Assembly (NCBI RefSeq): GCF_008831285.2
Contig: NC_045138.2
Coordinates: forward strand, 18,600,001-18,664,000
Direction of reading: 5' to 3'
DNA: 64,000 nucleotides
Source of the DNA: Nymphaea colorata
Taxonomy: Eukaryota
The notes beneath the pieces were generated by a model, which saw nothing but the letters and a program-made list of their open reading frames with translations, ran no database searches and was not told the DNA's origin. A program made the translations under genes and the position numbers. This document shows, one piece after another, positions 1-12,328 of this stretch. Position 1 is the stretch's first letter, and each line of letters opens with the position of its first letter.

Positions 1-3000
1 AGTTGACATTTCATGGAACACAACGATGGTGTGTGTGGTTCAACGAAGATAATGTTTTGCCAATTATGGCTAGCTTACTGCTTAAGCAGGTGTTTATGTG
101 GTAAAAGAACTAAAGTTCTCTCATGTATTAGTTTTATAAGGGACCTAAAATTGTTCTCAAGTAAAACCATTTTTAAGTTCATTAATTTGTATTGATCTTT
201 TGAAACGTACCCAATAATCAGTAGGTCAACGATACTCAATTTAGCTGTAATCTAGGAAATAGTATTACTTTTCTGATTTAACAATCATTTTGACAAAAAT
301 GCTCTTATCGACTTTTAATGGATATTAGAAAAACTTGTTTTCTTAACTATATTGAAAATGTAGGTGTCTTTTGAATATCTGCATTTTGTGTTTTTGAAAC
401 TTTATTAATATTTTTAGACAAAATTTAAGGCAGTCTAGTGATAGACCCCGTCCGAACATACCTTATTATTTAATTGGCTCAAGTGCTAAGGGAAGATAAG
501 ATTACTATAGCAATTGGGAAGAACATACAACATGAAATGTGCGAAGCAGCTCTCTCTGTCTTCCCCACACTCGTACATAAATTCAAACTCAATTGATCGT
601 AAATCATTCATATTGGATCATCAAATGATTCATATAAGACACACGTGCATCCACAGTCGGCTTTCAATGAATTTTTTGGTTTTTTGTGGTAGCAGAGGTA
701 GGATATTTTTGGTTAAAGGGCACTTGAGTTATGTTTGGTGTGCACACACCACATAATTTATTGGATCTCATAGTGTTGTTTTTTTAGTAAATCCTTTATT
801 GCTCCGAGAATTCTTGACCACTGAGAAGAAACCAAGATGCCGTTCAAAGCTGTCGGTCTGACATCCACTAGTTGGGGGTCCAAGATCCTCATCCCAAAAT
901 GTACCAAAGGTAATTTACCCAGCATTTTTTACTCTTTCTTTTATTAGATGACTCTTGACATCTTTTTTGCATAATCAGGATACAATTGATTTTTTCTTAT
1001 TTATGCGAAAAAATGTACTTTAAGACCTGTTTAGATGAGGCAAAGTTAGTATTACCAGGAAAATATGAGAAGATGAATAAGGAAAATTTAGTATAAACTC
1101 CCTTTTTTGAAGAGAGTCTCAAATATGAGACTTAAGTTTCTGATTTTTTTAAATACTTTGTTAGTTTTACTTAATATCAATGTTGTTAGAATCAGCTTAA
1201 AAGAATGGCACTGACGTTTTTTTGTTACAGCGTTGTTTAACTCAAGATGATAACGTTGAAGGGTATGGACTCATACGTTGCTCTGAGGTACCCTTCTATC
1301 TCTACTTTCTACAGAAAGTCAGAAACTACCACACAGTATACAACATTCCTTTTTTGTTTAGTTTTGGGGCAGCTTTGAAACTATTTTGAAGATAGTCAAA
1401 AGCGATATAAATAGGTTGTGGACTATAAATGATAGGGATAAGATCAACTCTAGCTTTCTGTTGGTATTACCTTTGGAAAGTGCTAATAGTACTATTAAGT
1501 TTTCGTGAAGGGGCATTAAGTAGCTCACCAATTTTTGTGGGCAAAATAAAACATTCAATAATTTATAAAACATTAATTTTCCCGTTAAAAGAAAGTTAGT
1601 AGCTCACCAATTTCTTGTCCACAGCACATTTATTCTTTTTGTACGGGGGAGGTTCCGATCAGAAGGCAATTTTTCTGCCCGACCCTAGTATATGGTTGTT
1701 GGAGTTCACTTTGGCGCTCCTTCATGAGTCATGCCCGTCAAATAATCTAGTCGAAAGATAATTATAGCTCAGCTCGTGGAGTCCCCATCACAAAACCTGA
1801 ATATCGTTTAGGCAAGTTAGTTGTGGGGTTTTCAACTTGCGCAATCTAAGAACAATTTGTCTTGTTTACAAATCTAAGAGTTTTTATTTTTAAAATTTTT
1901 TTGAAGATTTCGGAAGAATTTTGTTAAAAAAAAAAAAGATTTGCCGTACCGTATTATATGAGATGAAAAACACTCAGTTTTAAATCTTGTAAATGATATT
2001 TGTGGGAACGAGTTAATTTGCAATTTGCGAGGTGCATCTCTGCCTCAGTGAGTTGTAGTTTATTTTCTCAAAGTGGCAAAAATACTAGAAAAGTCATGTT
2101 GGTTTAAGTCTGACATTTTTCACCCAACCGTGGCTGACAACACTAAGTATATTTTTCTACCAAATTTCTTACTTAAGCATGTTATAGTACTCTTCTGATT
2201 TTTTCTTGGTATATCGGTCCTATAAACTAATCTGTATTTTCTTGATAATGTTTTCGTCGTGTAGCAAACCTGATATGGGATGGAAGAATTTGAACTTGAA
2301 CTTTAATTAAGGTAATTGAGATCAGCCGACCGCTGGATATTACCTGTGCTTTCTACAACTCCTGACTATTAATGAGGAAGTGCCCGTGTATTATGAAAAA
2401 GTGAGTTGAGGATAGGCTTGGCAGTCGGCTAAGTTGATTGCTTTAAAGTGTGCATTGTTTCTAGTATTTTCTTTCCAACTGTTCACCGAAAAAAATCTTT
2501 TCCTTCCAATTGAACTTAGACATCCCAATTTGACAAGTGATGCCCGTCTTTTTGGGTCTTCTAAATTTATGCATGATCTATCCGCAATTTACGAATGCAT
2601 CCACGCTTGGGTGATGTAGAATTAATTTATCTTTGGAATGACATATTTAGGGGCTCATCTTTTCCGAACCTTCACTGTTATCTAATATAGCGGTCATGAT
2701 TCAATGCCTTATGATGGAGTGTTCCAGGTTCTCGCTTTATTATTTAACCGAGAAGATGAACAAACGAAATCCATAAGGTCAGACCGAAAGTTCTACTTCA
2801 ATGCAAGCAAGATCTTCAATCATCACATGGTAGCACTTATAATTTTTGTTTCAACAGAAAAAATACACCATGCTTTCTTTATTAGTCCGCCGCATTGCAT
2901 GTCAAACATGCAGCTACTAGAACTTCAGTTTTAATTTTACACTGCGACAGACCGTCCTACGGCAAGGGAGGTCGGTGGCAGCCCTTCGGCGGCAATGGAG

Positions 3001-6000
3001 AAGCAGCAGCCTCCCCTACCTTAACGCCCGCATTCAATTTTCTTTATTTTGCCATAAATTGAAATTGGGCGTCAAGCAAAACTGTCGACCTTTGTTTATA
3101 TGTAAAGGAGATTGCTGGAAAGGGAGAGAACACAAAGGCGCTTGTGCTTTCTTCTTCACAAATGTGGTCCAAAGTGGGTAAAGAAGAATCATGTAGCAGA
3201 TACGAGATGCAAGGTCACAACTTTCTCTTGGTAAGGCGTGAATTTTGGTCCTTAAATTTTGAAGAATCCGAGTGGTTACATTTTCAAGCTTTGAAAAACC
3301 TACTCGCTGCAATGATCTTATGTCATCTTTATTGGCACGGACACAGAGACACTTTGGATGACCAAAGTGTGCCTGTGTATATTCAATCGCTTGTCTTGGA
3401 TAGCCATGCTCATCTTTTTTTATTAAGAAAAATGTTTCACTTTGGATGACCAAGGCCGATGATATCCTAAACTTTAAACTCCATGTTATAGAGAACACTT
3501 GTATTGCGTAGATCTGGATCGGCGCTTGATATCGAGTTTTAACTACATCAGGGTGTCAGACTTATGAATGATTTACACACCAATTTAGCAAGCTTAACCA
3601 TCTTCAGTACTATGATTATAATTTTAAAATAGTGACAATCAACAAGTTTCAGTTCATTAACCAAAGGAACGCTCAGTTACGTTGGTTGTATGAATCAAAT
3701 GGGGTATAGTTTTAGGAAAAAATACATGCACACATAAGAACCACAAGCCTTCGCACCCCAAGCCGTGCTCAATATGAACAAAATTGATTACTCGGACTTT
3801 CTTTTCCTTCTTAAGAAATTATGAAGATTCGACCTCATAGGTATATTCAACCTGACTCCTTTACTAGGTATCGACACTTGTACCATGCGTATGTTTTTTA
3901 ACAAAAATTGCTTGTAAGGCATGAATATTTTGAAAAGAAAATTCTGTCCCGTTAATTTTCAAGCGTCATGGAAACATGGAATTAATTTTATGTCCCAATT
4001 AAGAGCCAATTCTTATGAAATAAATTGTATAGGATGCCAACACACCAATTAAATTTCAAAATGTGGGTGCAATAGCCTTATTAGCACTTTAGTTAAAAGC
4101 TTAAGTAGCTACATCTTTCGATATTAATCGTCCTTGATTGGTCGACGAGGCACTCTCTAATTGATTTTTTTTTTTTTGCGGTACTAAACAAATAGAGAAG
4201 CGGTAGCTTATGGTAGTGAGGCAATTAAGCGATGGAAAATTTTCGAGAGATGTGAAGAGGATGGGGAACACAGTGCAACAAGATTCCACAAACATTTTAA
4301 ATTTTTTTTTTTTTTAAAGAAGCTACTACCGTTCAAATAAAGACGTGGTGATGTGGAGAAGAAGCTGCCGTTGTGCTAGAGGACCAAATATTTCAAAAAA
4401 CCAATTAGAAATTTCAGGGATCATTTTAACCTATAATCATAAAAAAGAACCCTTTTTTTTCAAAAATGTATTAAAAACGACAAAAATAAACCAACCTAAT
4501 AAACCGCAAAAAATGCCGTCTTTTATATTTTTGATGTCAAAAAGGCTTCTTTTTATTTCCCCAATTTTTAGCTGTTATTTATCTACTTATTTTTTATATT
4601 ATCTTATTAGTTTCTTACTTATTTGATTCATAAATTTTAATATTTTTCTAAAATTTTTAAAAAATTACCATATTTTTTCCTTTTTTTTCTAGCTCGTTAT
4701 ATTATACCAAGAAAATAATATTAGTCACCATGCTTCTTTATTTGTTGTCTTTGTGGTCAACAGGAGAAGGAAACTTAGAAATTAATTCCTAGAAGCAGGA
4801 GATGGGCAGTTTTAATGTATCATTATGTTGACGCAACCATTGAGTGCATGGATGGTATTAATTAGGTGGTCAAGCTTACCTTCAACTTGATGTAATTAAA
4901 AATCGAGGTATGTTCTGACAGAATTTGCCTGGATCGATGAGAGCAACAATATGAGAAAGAGAGAGAGTTCATGATCGAATCATGAATCAGATAAAAATTG
5001 ATCACCAAACTTTTATATCGTGGGAGAGAATAATCGAGGGCCATGATCGAATCACATTAAGACTGACCAAGTTCTTTATCAATCCATCGGAGACTTAATT
5101 ACTCGAGTGGAGATGCGTAGCTGCTCATTCATGTCAAAAGGGGCTTGTCATGGTTGCTTCTCATGTGGTTTGGCTTCATTTGCCTTGATATACACCACCG
5201 TTCATTTTATTAAATTGTTCTATACTCAAAAAGAATTTCTGAGAGTTTCTCGGCGTCCAGTTCCAACTGAAATTCCTTTTCTTATCTGATATTCAATAAG
5301 AGACTTCGCTTCGGCGATGCCCGTTTTGCCATTTTGGTTTAGTAAATGTTTCATGTGAAAGTCCAGAAACTAGGCACTTCTCTTTTGTTACTTGCCTTCC
5401 ATATCAATATTTAATTAAATCTGAATCCAATCAATGTTTAACTAAACCTGAATCCAAATCCCAATCCGATCGATTGACGTTTCTTGTATTCGAGTCTGAT
5501 CCGAGTTATTAATCGCATGTCAAAATTGTTTAGTTCCTATTTTTGTTATACAGTTTTGTCAGATATATCGGATGTCAATAAGACTTCCTATGCACAAAGT
5601 CTTAATATTTTTGGACTTGGGATTGCATTTGCTGTTTGTATTTGAGTTATATCCAGGTGCGAATTTCCCACAAAACATACCATTAGAAATATAATTACTG
5701 GTAGATTGGAGGTACATAATACAAAAAAAACGGAAATCATAACAAATAATCTCTCATCCTTAATGACACCCTTACGCATTCGCCCAACTTCGATTCAGGA
5801 TTCCCATCACACATAGTTTTTCTGGAAAATGTGACGCTAGACTAAATTTAAACCACTAGCTAGCCTTTTCTCTTTTAAGCCTCAAAAGATCGACTATGTA
5901 TATATATATATGATTTGCTTCGGAGGGGTTCAGTAAATTGCAAGTGACAAGGAAAGTGACTGTCCTAGTCTCTGGATTTTGGTATCATTTGCTCAAAGTC

Positions 6001-6019
6001 TTCTTTGATTTGAACCTTG

Positions 6020-6193
6020 TTGCTTGTTTGGCACGGTAGGGCATGATATCCTTTTCTTAGGAAAGGGACACAATTTCATGGCCTTTTCTTAGGAATCGCC
6101 ATCTTGATTCGTGATCTCACAGCTTGCATTCCGATATCTTAAAACTAAATTTTCATGGAATCAAATCTGTTTGCCTTGCCGCCAAACACCGCT
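6020..6193. mobile_element. Degenerate Tourist/PIF-like MITE upstream of the RLP
   Basis: Imperfect inverted ends TGCTTGTTTGGCA ... GCCAAACACCGC; no clean TSD. Confidence 0.35.
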
Positions 6194-6949
6194 TAGAAGA
6201 ATTTCTAAGCCGATTGCCTAGTGTTCTTCTAGTTCGGGTGCCAAGTTCATTTCTCGAAAAAAAAAAAACACAAAAATACACACGATTTAGCACTTTGTTT
6301 CAAGTCCGTGCATGGTGAATAAGAAGCATCAACTAACGCCGCCACCTTTCGTGGGTTAATGAATTTGGTTATGCAACCTTAATCTCCGCTGTTTCTGATA
6401 TCCAATACTACAAATTGGCGTTCAGGTGTCAAAATCTGGATCCAATCCAAAATTCAGTAAAATTTAGAGACTGATTCTCAGCTAGATTTGTTTGAACAAA
6501 GGAATACGATTCTACGAGAAAATTCCAGAGCTTAAATTGTCTTGAGATTTTTTCAAATCTCATATGTAGGTCACAAAATCTTACTTATCCACATATGGCC
6601 AATTAAAGCTAATTTACAAGTGGATTGACAAGTTTCAGGCCTAGAGATCGGATCCTCAAAAGGCTAAATAGAAAAATAATCTAAACTAATTTAACTTTGT
6701 AAAATGTAATGACATAATTTTTTGCAAAGTATATTGCATCTTATCGTCTCCGCACTCGAGAGAATGCGGCCACAGAAGATATGGGGGGGCCTCTTTCAAA
6801 CCACTATCAAAATGAATAACGATGTGATGTTTGACAACTCTAAGATTGGACTTGCTGCATGCTGTATCATTAAATAGAAGACGATCTTTAGAAGCATAAC
6901 TCAACGAGAAACTGGAATCCAGAAAGGTAGACAAAGAGGATTGAGGAAG

Positions 6950-7027
6950 GTATGCTAACTTATGAAAATTTCTTCGGTGGCTTTTGTCACACAACTTTAT
7001 GATAACCCACACGTAATTTGTTTGCAG
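6950..7027 (+). other. Probable 5'UTR intron of the RLP gene
   Basis: Donor AAG|GTATGC at 6950 and acceptor TTTGTTTGCAG| at 7027 (78 nt). The upstream exon has no in-frame ATG back to a stop at 6875. Confidence 0.55.
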
Positions 7028-7033
7028 ATCTGG

Positions 7034-10000
7034 ATGTTGGCTATGGTGTCTGACAGTAGAAGAAGTTGCAGACCTGCAATGCCAATGTTGGTTTCTTCTC
7101 TTCCAACAACAATGGTTTTACTACTATTACTTCTGTTGGTATGCGCAATAGATGGAGGTTTAACAAGCGCTTCATGCCTCAACAACGAAGCCTCCATCCT
7201 GCTGCGAATCAAGGAGGACCTTCACTTGTCCAATGGAAGACTAAGCTCATGGGATTCAAATGGTTCAGACTGCTGCATGTGGGAGGGAGTGTATTGTGAT
7301 CCTCACACTGGACACATCATTGGCCTTCAACTTCGTGGTAGCCCCACAACTGAGAGTATTCCCCATGTTATTATGGATATTGATGATGTGTATGAAAGCT
7401 TTCGAAAAGAGCACTATGTCGACCCCCGTGATATCACAGGATCAAGAGTACCTGCTTCTCTCTTTGAGCTCCACCAACTCCAGCATCTTGACCTCAGTGG
7501 TTGTGACTTCAATGGGTCTGCCATACCTCCAGAACTCACCCAACTGACCCACTTGACTCATCTCAATCTCTCTCGTGCTTGGTTTTCAGGTCAGGTTCCA
7601 AACGAACTATCAATCATGTCTGACTTAGTTTCCTTAGACCTCTCCTACATTTCGTACTTCTATTTTGATGTCTCTCTTGAGTCGTGGCCATTTGATGATT
7701 CGTTTGAGTTGAAACTACATGATTTAGAAGGCTTTGTGCAGAACTTTAGGCATTTAAAGTACCTCCACTTGGATTATGTTCGTATTGAGCTGAGCAACTC
7801 GCAAAAGTGGAGTATCAACCTAGCCTCCGCATTGCCCAATCTACGATCCCTTAGTTTAGTCAATTGTGATCTTCATGGCAGCCTCTCTCCTCATATTTTC
7901 AAGCTCCCACATCTTCAAGCCCTTGATCTATCATACAATATGGATTTAGATGGAAAATTAATGCCATCATCTTTTACCCCAGAGAGCAATCTCCAATCTC
8001 TACGCCTTGCTTCGACCAACTTGTCTGGCCACCTACCATCAGAAGTGTTTGAGCTTCCACTCTTAAAGGTTCTTGATTTGACCTATAGTACTGAGTTGAC
8101 TGGCCTATTGCATATCGGATTAGCAAAGAGTAAGCTCCAAATTCTTAAACTCTCTCATATCATGTTGTCAGGAGGCCTACCTGATTGGATTGGAAACCTT
8201 ACATCCTTAGTTGAGCTAGATCTCTCTCTTACTGGTCTCTCTGGTAGCTTACCCATCACCATTGGTAATCTTAGATGCTTAACGTCTTTGGATCTTTCTT
8301 CTACAAGTTTGTCAGGCATCCTTCCAGCTACAATAGGAAATCTTACAGCTTTAACACACATGTATCTTTCTGGTACTAGTTTCTCCGGTCATCTTCCTAT
8401 CACAATGGAAAATCTTACGGCTTTAACACACCTAGATCTTAGTGGAACTAATATGTCAAGCAGTCTTCCTATTACCATAAGAAGCCTTAGCGCCTTAAAC
8501 TATTTAGACTTGAGTGGTTGCAACTTTACAGGCATAGATTCATCATTCTTTGTCAACCTCACCCAACTAACTTATCTTGACCTTTCTAATAACATGATCA
8601 GTGGCTCATTACCATCTTTACCACAATATCTTAGTACCATCCACCTCGGCTCTAATAATTTTAGTGGCGCAATCCCAAATTCATATAATTTTTTAAAGAT
8701 TAAGACATTAGACCTTTCGTCCAACTCATTGACAGGAACCATTCCTTCTAATCTAATCCCTGGTCCATCTTCAGTGGAATCTTCACTTCAATACCTTGAC
8801 CTTTCATACAATAAATTTGATGGCTACCTTGACCTTGGAATTTTTGCAAACTTCAAGAAACTTTACTTCTTATCACTTTCTGGAAACAACTTGACCATAG
8901 ATGTTCACAACCCAACCCTCAAGTTTGCAAGTTTACAGCATCTGAGGTTGGCCTCGTGCAACGTCAACCAATTCCCCCAATTCCTTTGTCACCATAAACC
9001 TATTCAGACTTTGGACCTCTCAAAGAACATGATCACTGGGGAAATTCCAAATTGGTTGAATATTGCCATGTCTTTGAACATATCTCACAACATGTTATCA
9101 AGCATCGGACAAGGGGTTTTTCTCAACATTGATGACATTGATTTGAGCTTCAACATGTTGAATTGCAATTTAAGCGCTCTTTTCCCTGGCACAAGTTCCT
9201 TTGACAGTATTGATTACTTTTCAATCAGTAACAATAATGTAACAGGAGAAGTGCCAGCTTCCCTCTGTAGCTTCACTATGGTTTCGTTGCTTGACCTGTC
9301 AAACAATATGCTTAGTGGTGCAATACCTGATTGCCTCTTTAAGTTGACTTCATTGGTGGAAGTCAAGCTCCAAAACAATAAACTGCAAGGCCAAATCCCA
9401 GAGTTTAGCAATTGTGCGAGGAATAGATTGAGTATATTTGATCTAAGTGATAATATGCTTGAGGGTGACATCCCCACATCCCTTGGGTACTGCAAAGATG
9501 TTGAGTTCATAAATTTGGGACATAATAAAGTAAGTGGTGAATTCCCCTCTTGGCTTGGAAAACTGCCTAAATTGAAAGTTCTTGTGTTGAGGTCCAACTT
9601 TTTAAGTGGTACTATCAACTTCAACTTCGATCAGAATGCTTTCCAAGAACTGCTCATATTTGATGTCTCTATCAACAAATTCACAGGAAAACTTCCATTC
9701 GGCTTGTTGTTAAGCTTAAATGCAATGAAGACATTCAACTCCAAATCTAGCATCCCCAAGGAATTCATATTAGTTGACTATGTTAAAGAATGGGAGGTGA
9801 CAATGGATGCCAAAGGAATAAACTTGACGTACTTGAGGGAAATGCACTCCATCATGAAGATAATTGATCTCTCCAGCAACTACTTTGAGGGTGAGATTTC
9901 AGAAGAGATTGGAGTTCTTAGTGGCCTTCAGGCACTAAAAATTTCAAGGAACAAACTCAAAGGCCCAATACCCAAGAGCATCGGGGCCCTAAAACATCTG

Positions 10001-10372
10001 GAATCATTGGATCTATCTGATAACTACCTTTCAGGTGAAATACCAGAAGAAGTTATTGCACTCAATTCTCTTGGCTACCTGAATCTGTCGTACAATAATC
10101 TTTCTGGAAGAATCCCTCAATCACAACATTTTTCTACCTTTGATGCTCCATGTTTTGAAGGGAATCCAAGTCTTTGCGGACCGCCACTTTCACTTCCTTG
10201 TGAAGACAATGACAGCACCACAGTGTTTCCTCTTTTTGGATTGAGGCAAACAGATGAAGAGAGAATGTGGAAATACATATCATTGGGACTAGGTTTTGGA
10301 GTAGGTTTTGGCACCGCAATCAGTTTTTCATTTTTCTTGAATAACGAGAGGGACTTCGATTGGAGAATCTAG
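7034..10372 (+). CDS. LRR receptor-like protein (Cf/Ve/RLP6-7 type), ~1112 aa, single coding exon
   Basis: Long ORF with a hydrophobic signal peptide (MVLLLLLLLVCAI), LRRNT cap (LSSW..SDCCMWEGVYCDPHTGHIIGLQL), many LxxLxLxxNxLxGxIP repeats, an island domain (LNAMK..KGINLTY), C-cap (FEGNPSLCGPPLSLPC), TM with GxxxG motifs (LGLGFGVGFG), short tail and no kinase. The ORF-track ATG at 6962 lies inside a probable 5'UTR intron (6950-7027), so the first downstream ATG (7034) is used; 7043 and 7079 are alternatives. Confidence 0.93.
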   Translation: MLAMVSDSRRSCRPAMPMLVSSLPTTMVLLLLLLLVCAIDGGLTSASCLNNEASILLRIKEDLHLSNGRLSSWDSNGSDCCMWEGVYCDPHTGHIIGLQLRGSPTTESIPHVIMDIDDVYESFRKEHYVDPRDITGSRVPASLFELHQLQHLDLSGCDFNGSAIPPELTQLTHLTHLNLSRAWFSGQVPNELSIMSDLVSLDLSYISYFYFDVSLESWPFDDSFELKLHDLEGFVQNFRHLKYLHLDYVRIELSNSQKWSINLASALPNLRSLSLVNCDLHGSLSPHIFKLPHLQALDLSYNMDLDGKLMPSSFTPESNLQSLRLASTNLSGHLPSEVFELPLLKVLDLTYSTELTGLLHIGLAKSKLQILKLSHIMLSGGLPDWIGNLTSLVELDLSLTGLSGSLPITIGNLRCLTSLDLSSTSLSGILPATIGNLTALTHMYLSGTSFSGHLPITMENLTALTHLDLSGTNMSSSLPITIRSLSALNYLDLSGCNFTGIDSSFFVNLTQLTYLDLSNNMISGSLPSLPQYLSTIHLGSNNFSGAIPNSYNFLKIKTLDLSSNSLTGTIPSNLIPGPSSVESSLQYLDLSYNKFDGYLDLGIFANFKKLYFLSLSGNNLTIDVHNPTLKFASLQHLRLASCNVNQFPQFLCHHKPIQTLDLSKNMITGEIPNWLNIAMSLNISHNMLSSIGQGVFLNIDDIDLSFNMLNCNLSALFPGTSSFDSIDYFSISNNNVTGEVPASLCSFTMVSLLDLSNNMLSGAIPDCLFKLTSLVEVKLQNNKLQGQIPEFSNCARNRLSIFDLSDNMLEGDIPTSLGYCKDVEFINLGHNKVSGEFPSWLGKLPKLKVLVLRSNFLSGTINFNFDQNAFQELLIFDVSINKFTGKLPFGLLLSLNAMKTFNSKSSIPKEFILVDYVKEWEVTMDAKGINLTYLREMHSIMKIIDLSSNYFEGEISEEIGVLSGLQALKISRNKLKGPIPKSIGALKHLESLDLSDNYLSGEIPEEVIALNSLGYLNLSYNNLSGRIPQSQHFSTFDAPCFEGNPSLCGPPLSLPCEDNDSTTVFPLFGLRQTDEERMWKYISLGLGFGVGFGTAISFSFFLNNERDFDWRI

Positions 10373-10851
10373 AGGGCAACAGAGGTTTTCAGATGGCTAA
10401 TTCTCATTCTTGTTGTTGCAATGCCTCTGGCTCATGAAGTTTCAGAAAATATAGTTGTCCACTCGTTCATTGTAAAGATCAACTTTGTGTTTTGTAGTCA
10501 TCTCTTAGTTAAAAAATAAGAACCACCGCATGCTCTGATGTATTTTATATTGTTAAGCAATGTGACTTTTTTCTTGTGGAAAATTTCTCTTCTTCTTTCA
10601 CTTAGAGACCTGATTAAGGACAGTGGGGCTTGTTTGTTTAGCCCAAATATCAAAGAACCGATGACTTAAATTGAAAAGCTAATTTTTAATATTATAGTGT
10701 TTTGAGTGAAAGCCCAGAAAATAAAAACCTACATTTTTTTAACAAATAAAATATATGTGGTTTATTCCACTGTCCTCCTTTCTCTTTGGTAATTCTTGGC
10801 AAGGGTGTCATCTCTTTGAAGTCAAGTATCATCACTAAAGCTGCATCTCAA

Positions 10852-11200
10852 TAAGCCTGGGCATCGGGCCACCCTAGCTCGGCCTCATAATGAGTGGGCC
10901 CCGGGCCATCCCAACATCCAAAACTTGGGCCTAGGCTCAGGCCCCGCCAACTCAGAAAACCTGAGCTCGAGCTCAGCCCGATTAAATTTAAAAATATATT
11001 TTTAAATAAAACAGTTATATAAATATAATTAATCATAATAAAATATTATAATTATATATAAATTAATAAAAAAATTTAAGAAACTCGTTATCGGGCCAAC
11101 CCGAGCTTATTTGGCCGGCTTGGGTTCCTTTTTTCTAGGCCCAAGTCGGGTCAGGTACCGACTACCCGGCAGGCCCAGCCCGGCCCGATGTCCAGGCTCA
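10852..11200. mobile_element. hAT-type MITE (GGGCATCGGGCC family)
   Basis: Left TIR TAAGCCTGGGCATCGGGCC versus right-end reverse complement TGAGCCTGGACATCGGGCC; GGCCC/CGGG-rich subterminal repeats, AT-rich core, and ATCTCA on both flanks (imperfect TSD). Confidence 0.8.
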
Positions 11201-11637
11201 ATCTCAGAGTTTGGCCCTTTTAGCCTTGGATCCGTAACATTTTTTTTTAAAAAATTTAGTCTTGTATTTAAGATTATGAGGACTTATAAATATTGTATGA
11301 ACTTGTTGGTTATCATGCTTTTTAATCCTTTTGGAAGAGGAATCAGAGCTGTTAGGGGCATATTGGAATCCACAAGACCAGGAACCCAACCCAATGTGAA
11401 AGTGAGTGGGGTCGTAATAGGTTCGGCCAGAAAATGCTCGGAATTAGGTGGGGACCCTATGTTCAATATCCGCCATCAATAAATTTATTATTTATCTTAT
11501 AAAATAAGTTAATTTAATATTTTATAGTTGCACATACGCTATATCATATATTAAATTGATAACTCTGTTTTCAAGTTGCTCTTTCTTTTTTTACAACTCA
11601 TTATTTCTCACTCTTTCCTCTTCTATACAAGATTAAT

Positions 11638-11897
11638 GGGATGTTTTGATGACACTCTTGAAGTCAGGTTTATGTAGTATTTGGATGCCATCAGTCAGAT
11701 CTGGGCTTAAAGAAGACTCAATCTTGACAAAACCATTTTTTTGTAAAAGGATGTAAAAAAATTTAAATCCCACCAGGTTATCCATAAAAAACTGTCATAG
11801 GAAAACCATAATTTCAACGCTTATTAAAAAACTTGGTTTCCATACAACCAAATTTTCACTAAACTATATTAGATGAGAACGTTATCCAAACGCACCC
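11638..11897. mobile_element. Tourist/PIF-like MITE
   Basis: Left end GGGATGTTTTGATGAC versus right-end reverse complement GGGTGCGTTTGGATAAC; TAA on the right flank. Confidence 0.5.
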
Positions 11898-12048
11898 TAA
11901 AAAAAACTGCTTATTTATCTTGTAACGGTCATTTTAATGACCTCCTCAGCCCAAATTACAGGTTAAGTCCCCAACTAATCGGATGCCCGGCCCTTGTTAT
12001 GCCATTAATTTCTCATTTCCTTTCTTTTTCATTCAATTGTAAAAAAAT

Positions 12049-12328
<280 letters not shown>

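Noticed and set aside
6962..7033. N-terminal extension of the RLP in the ORF track
   Set aside because: Mostly inside a probable 5'UTR intron, and it would push the signal peptide further from the N-terminus.
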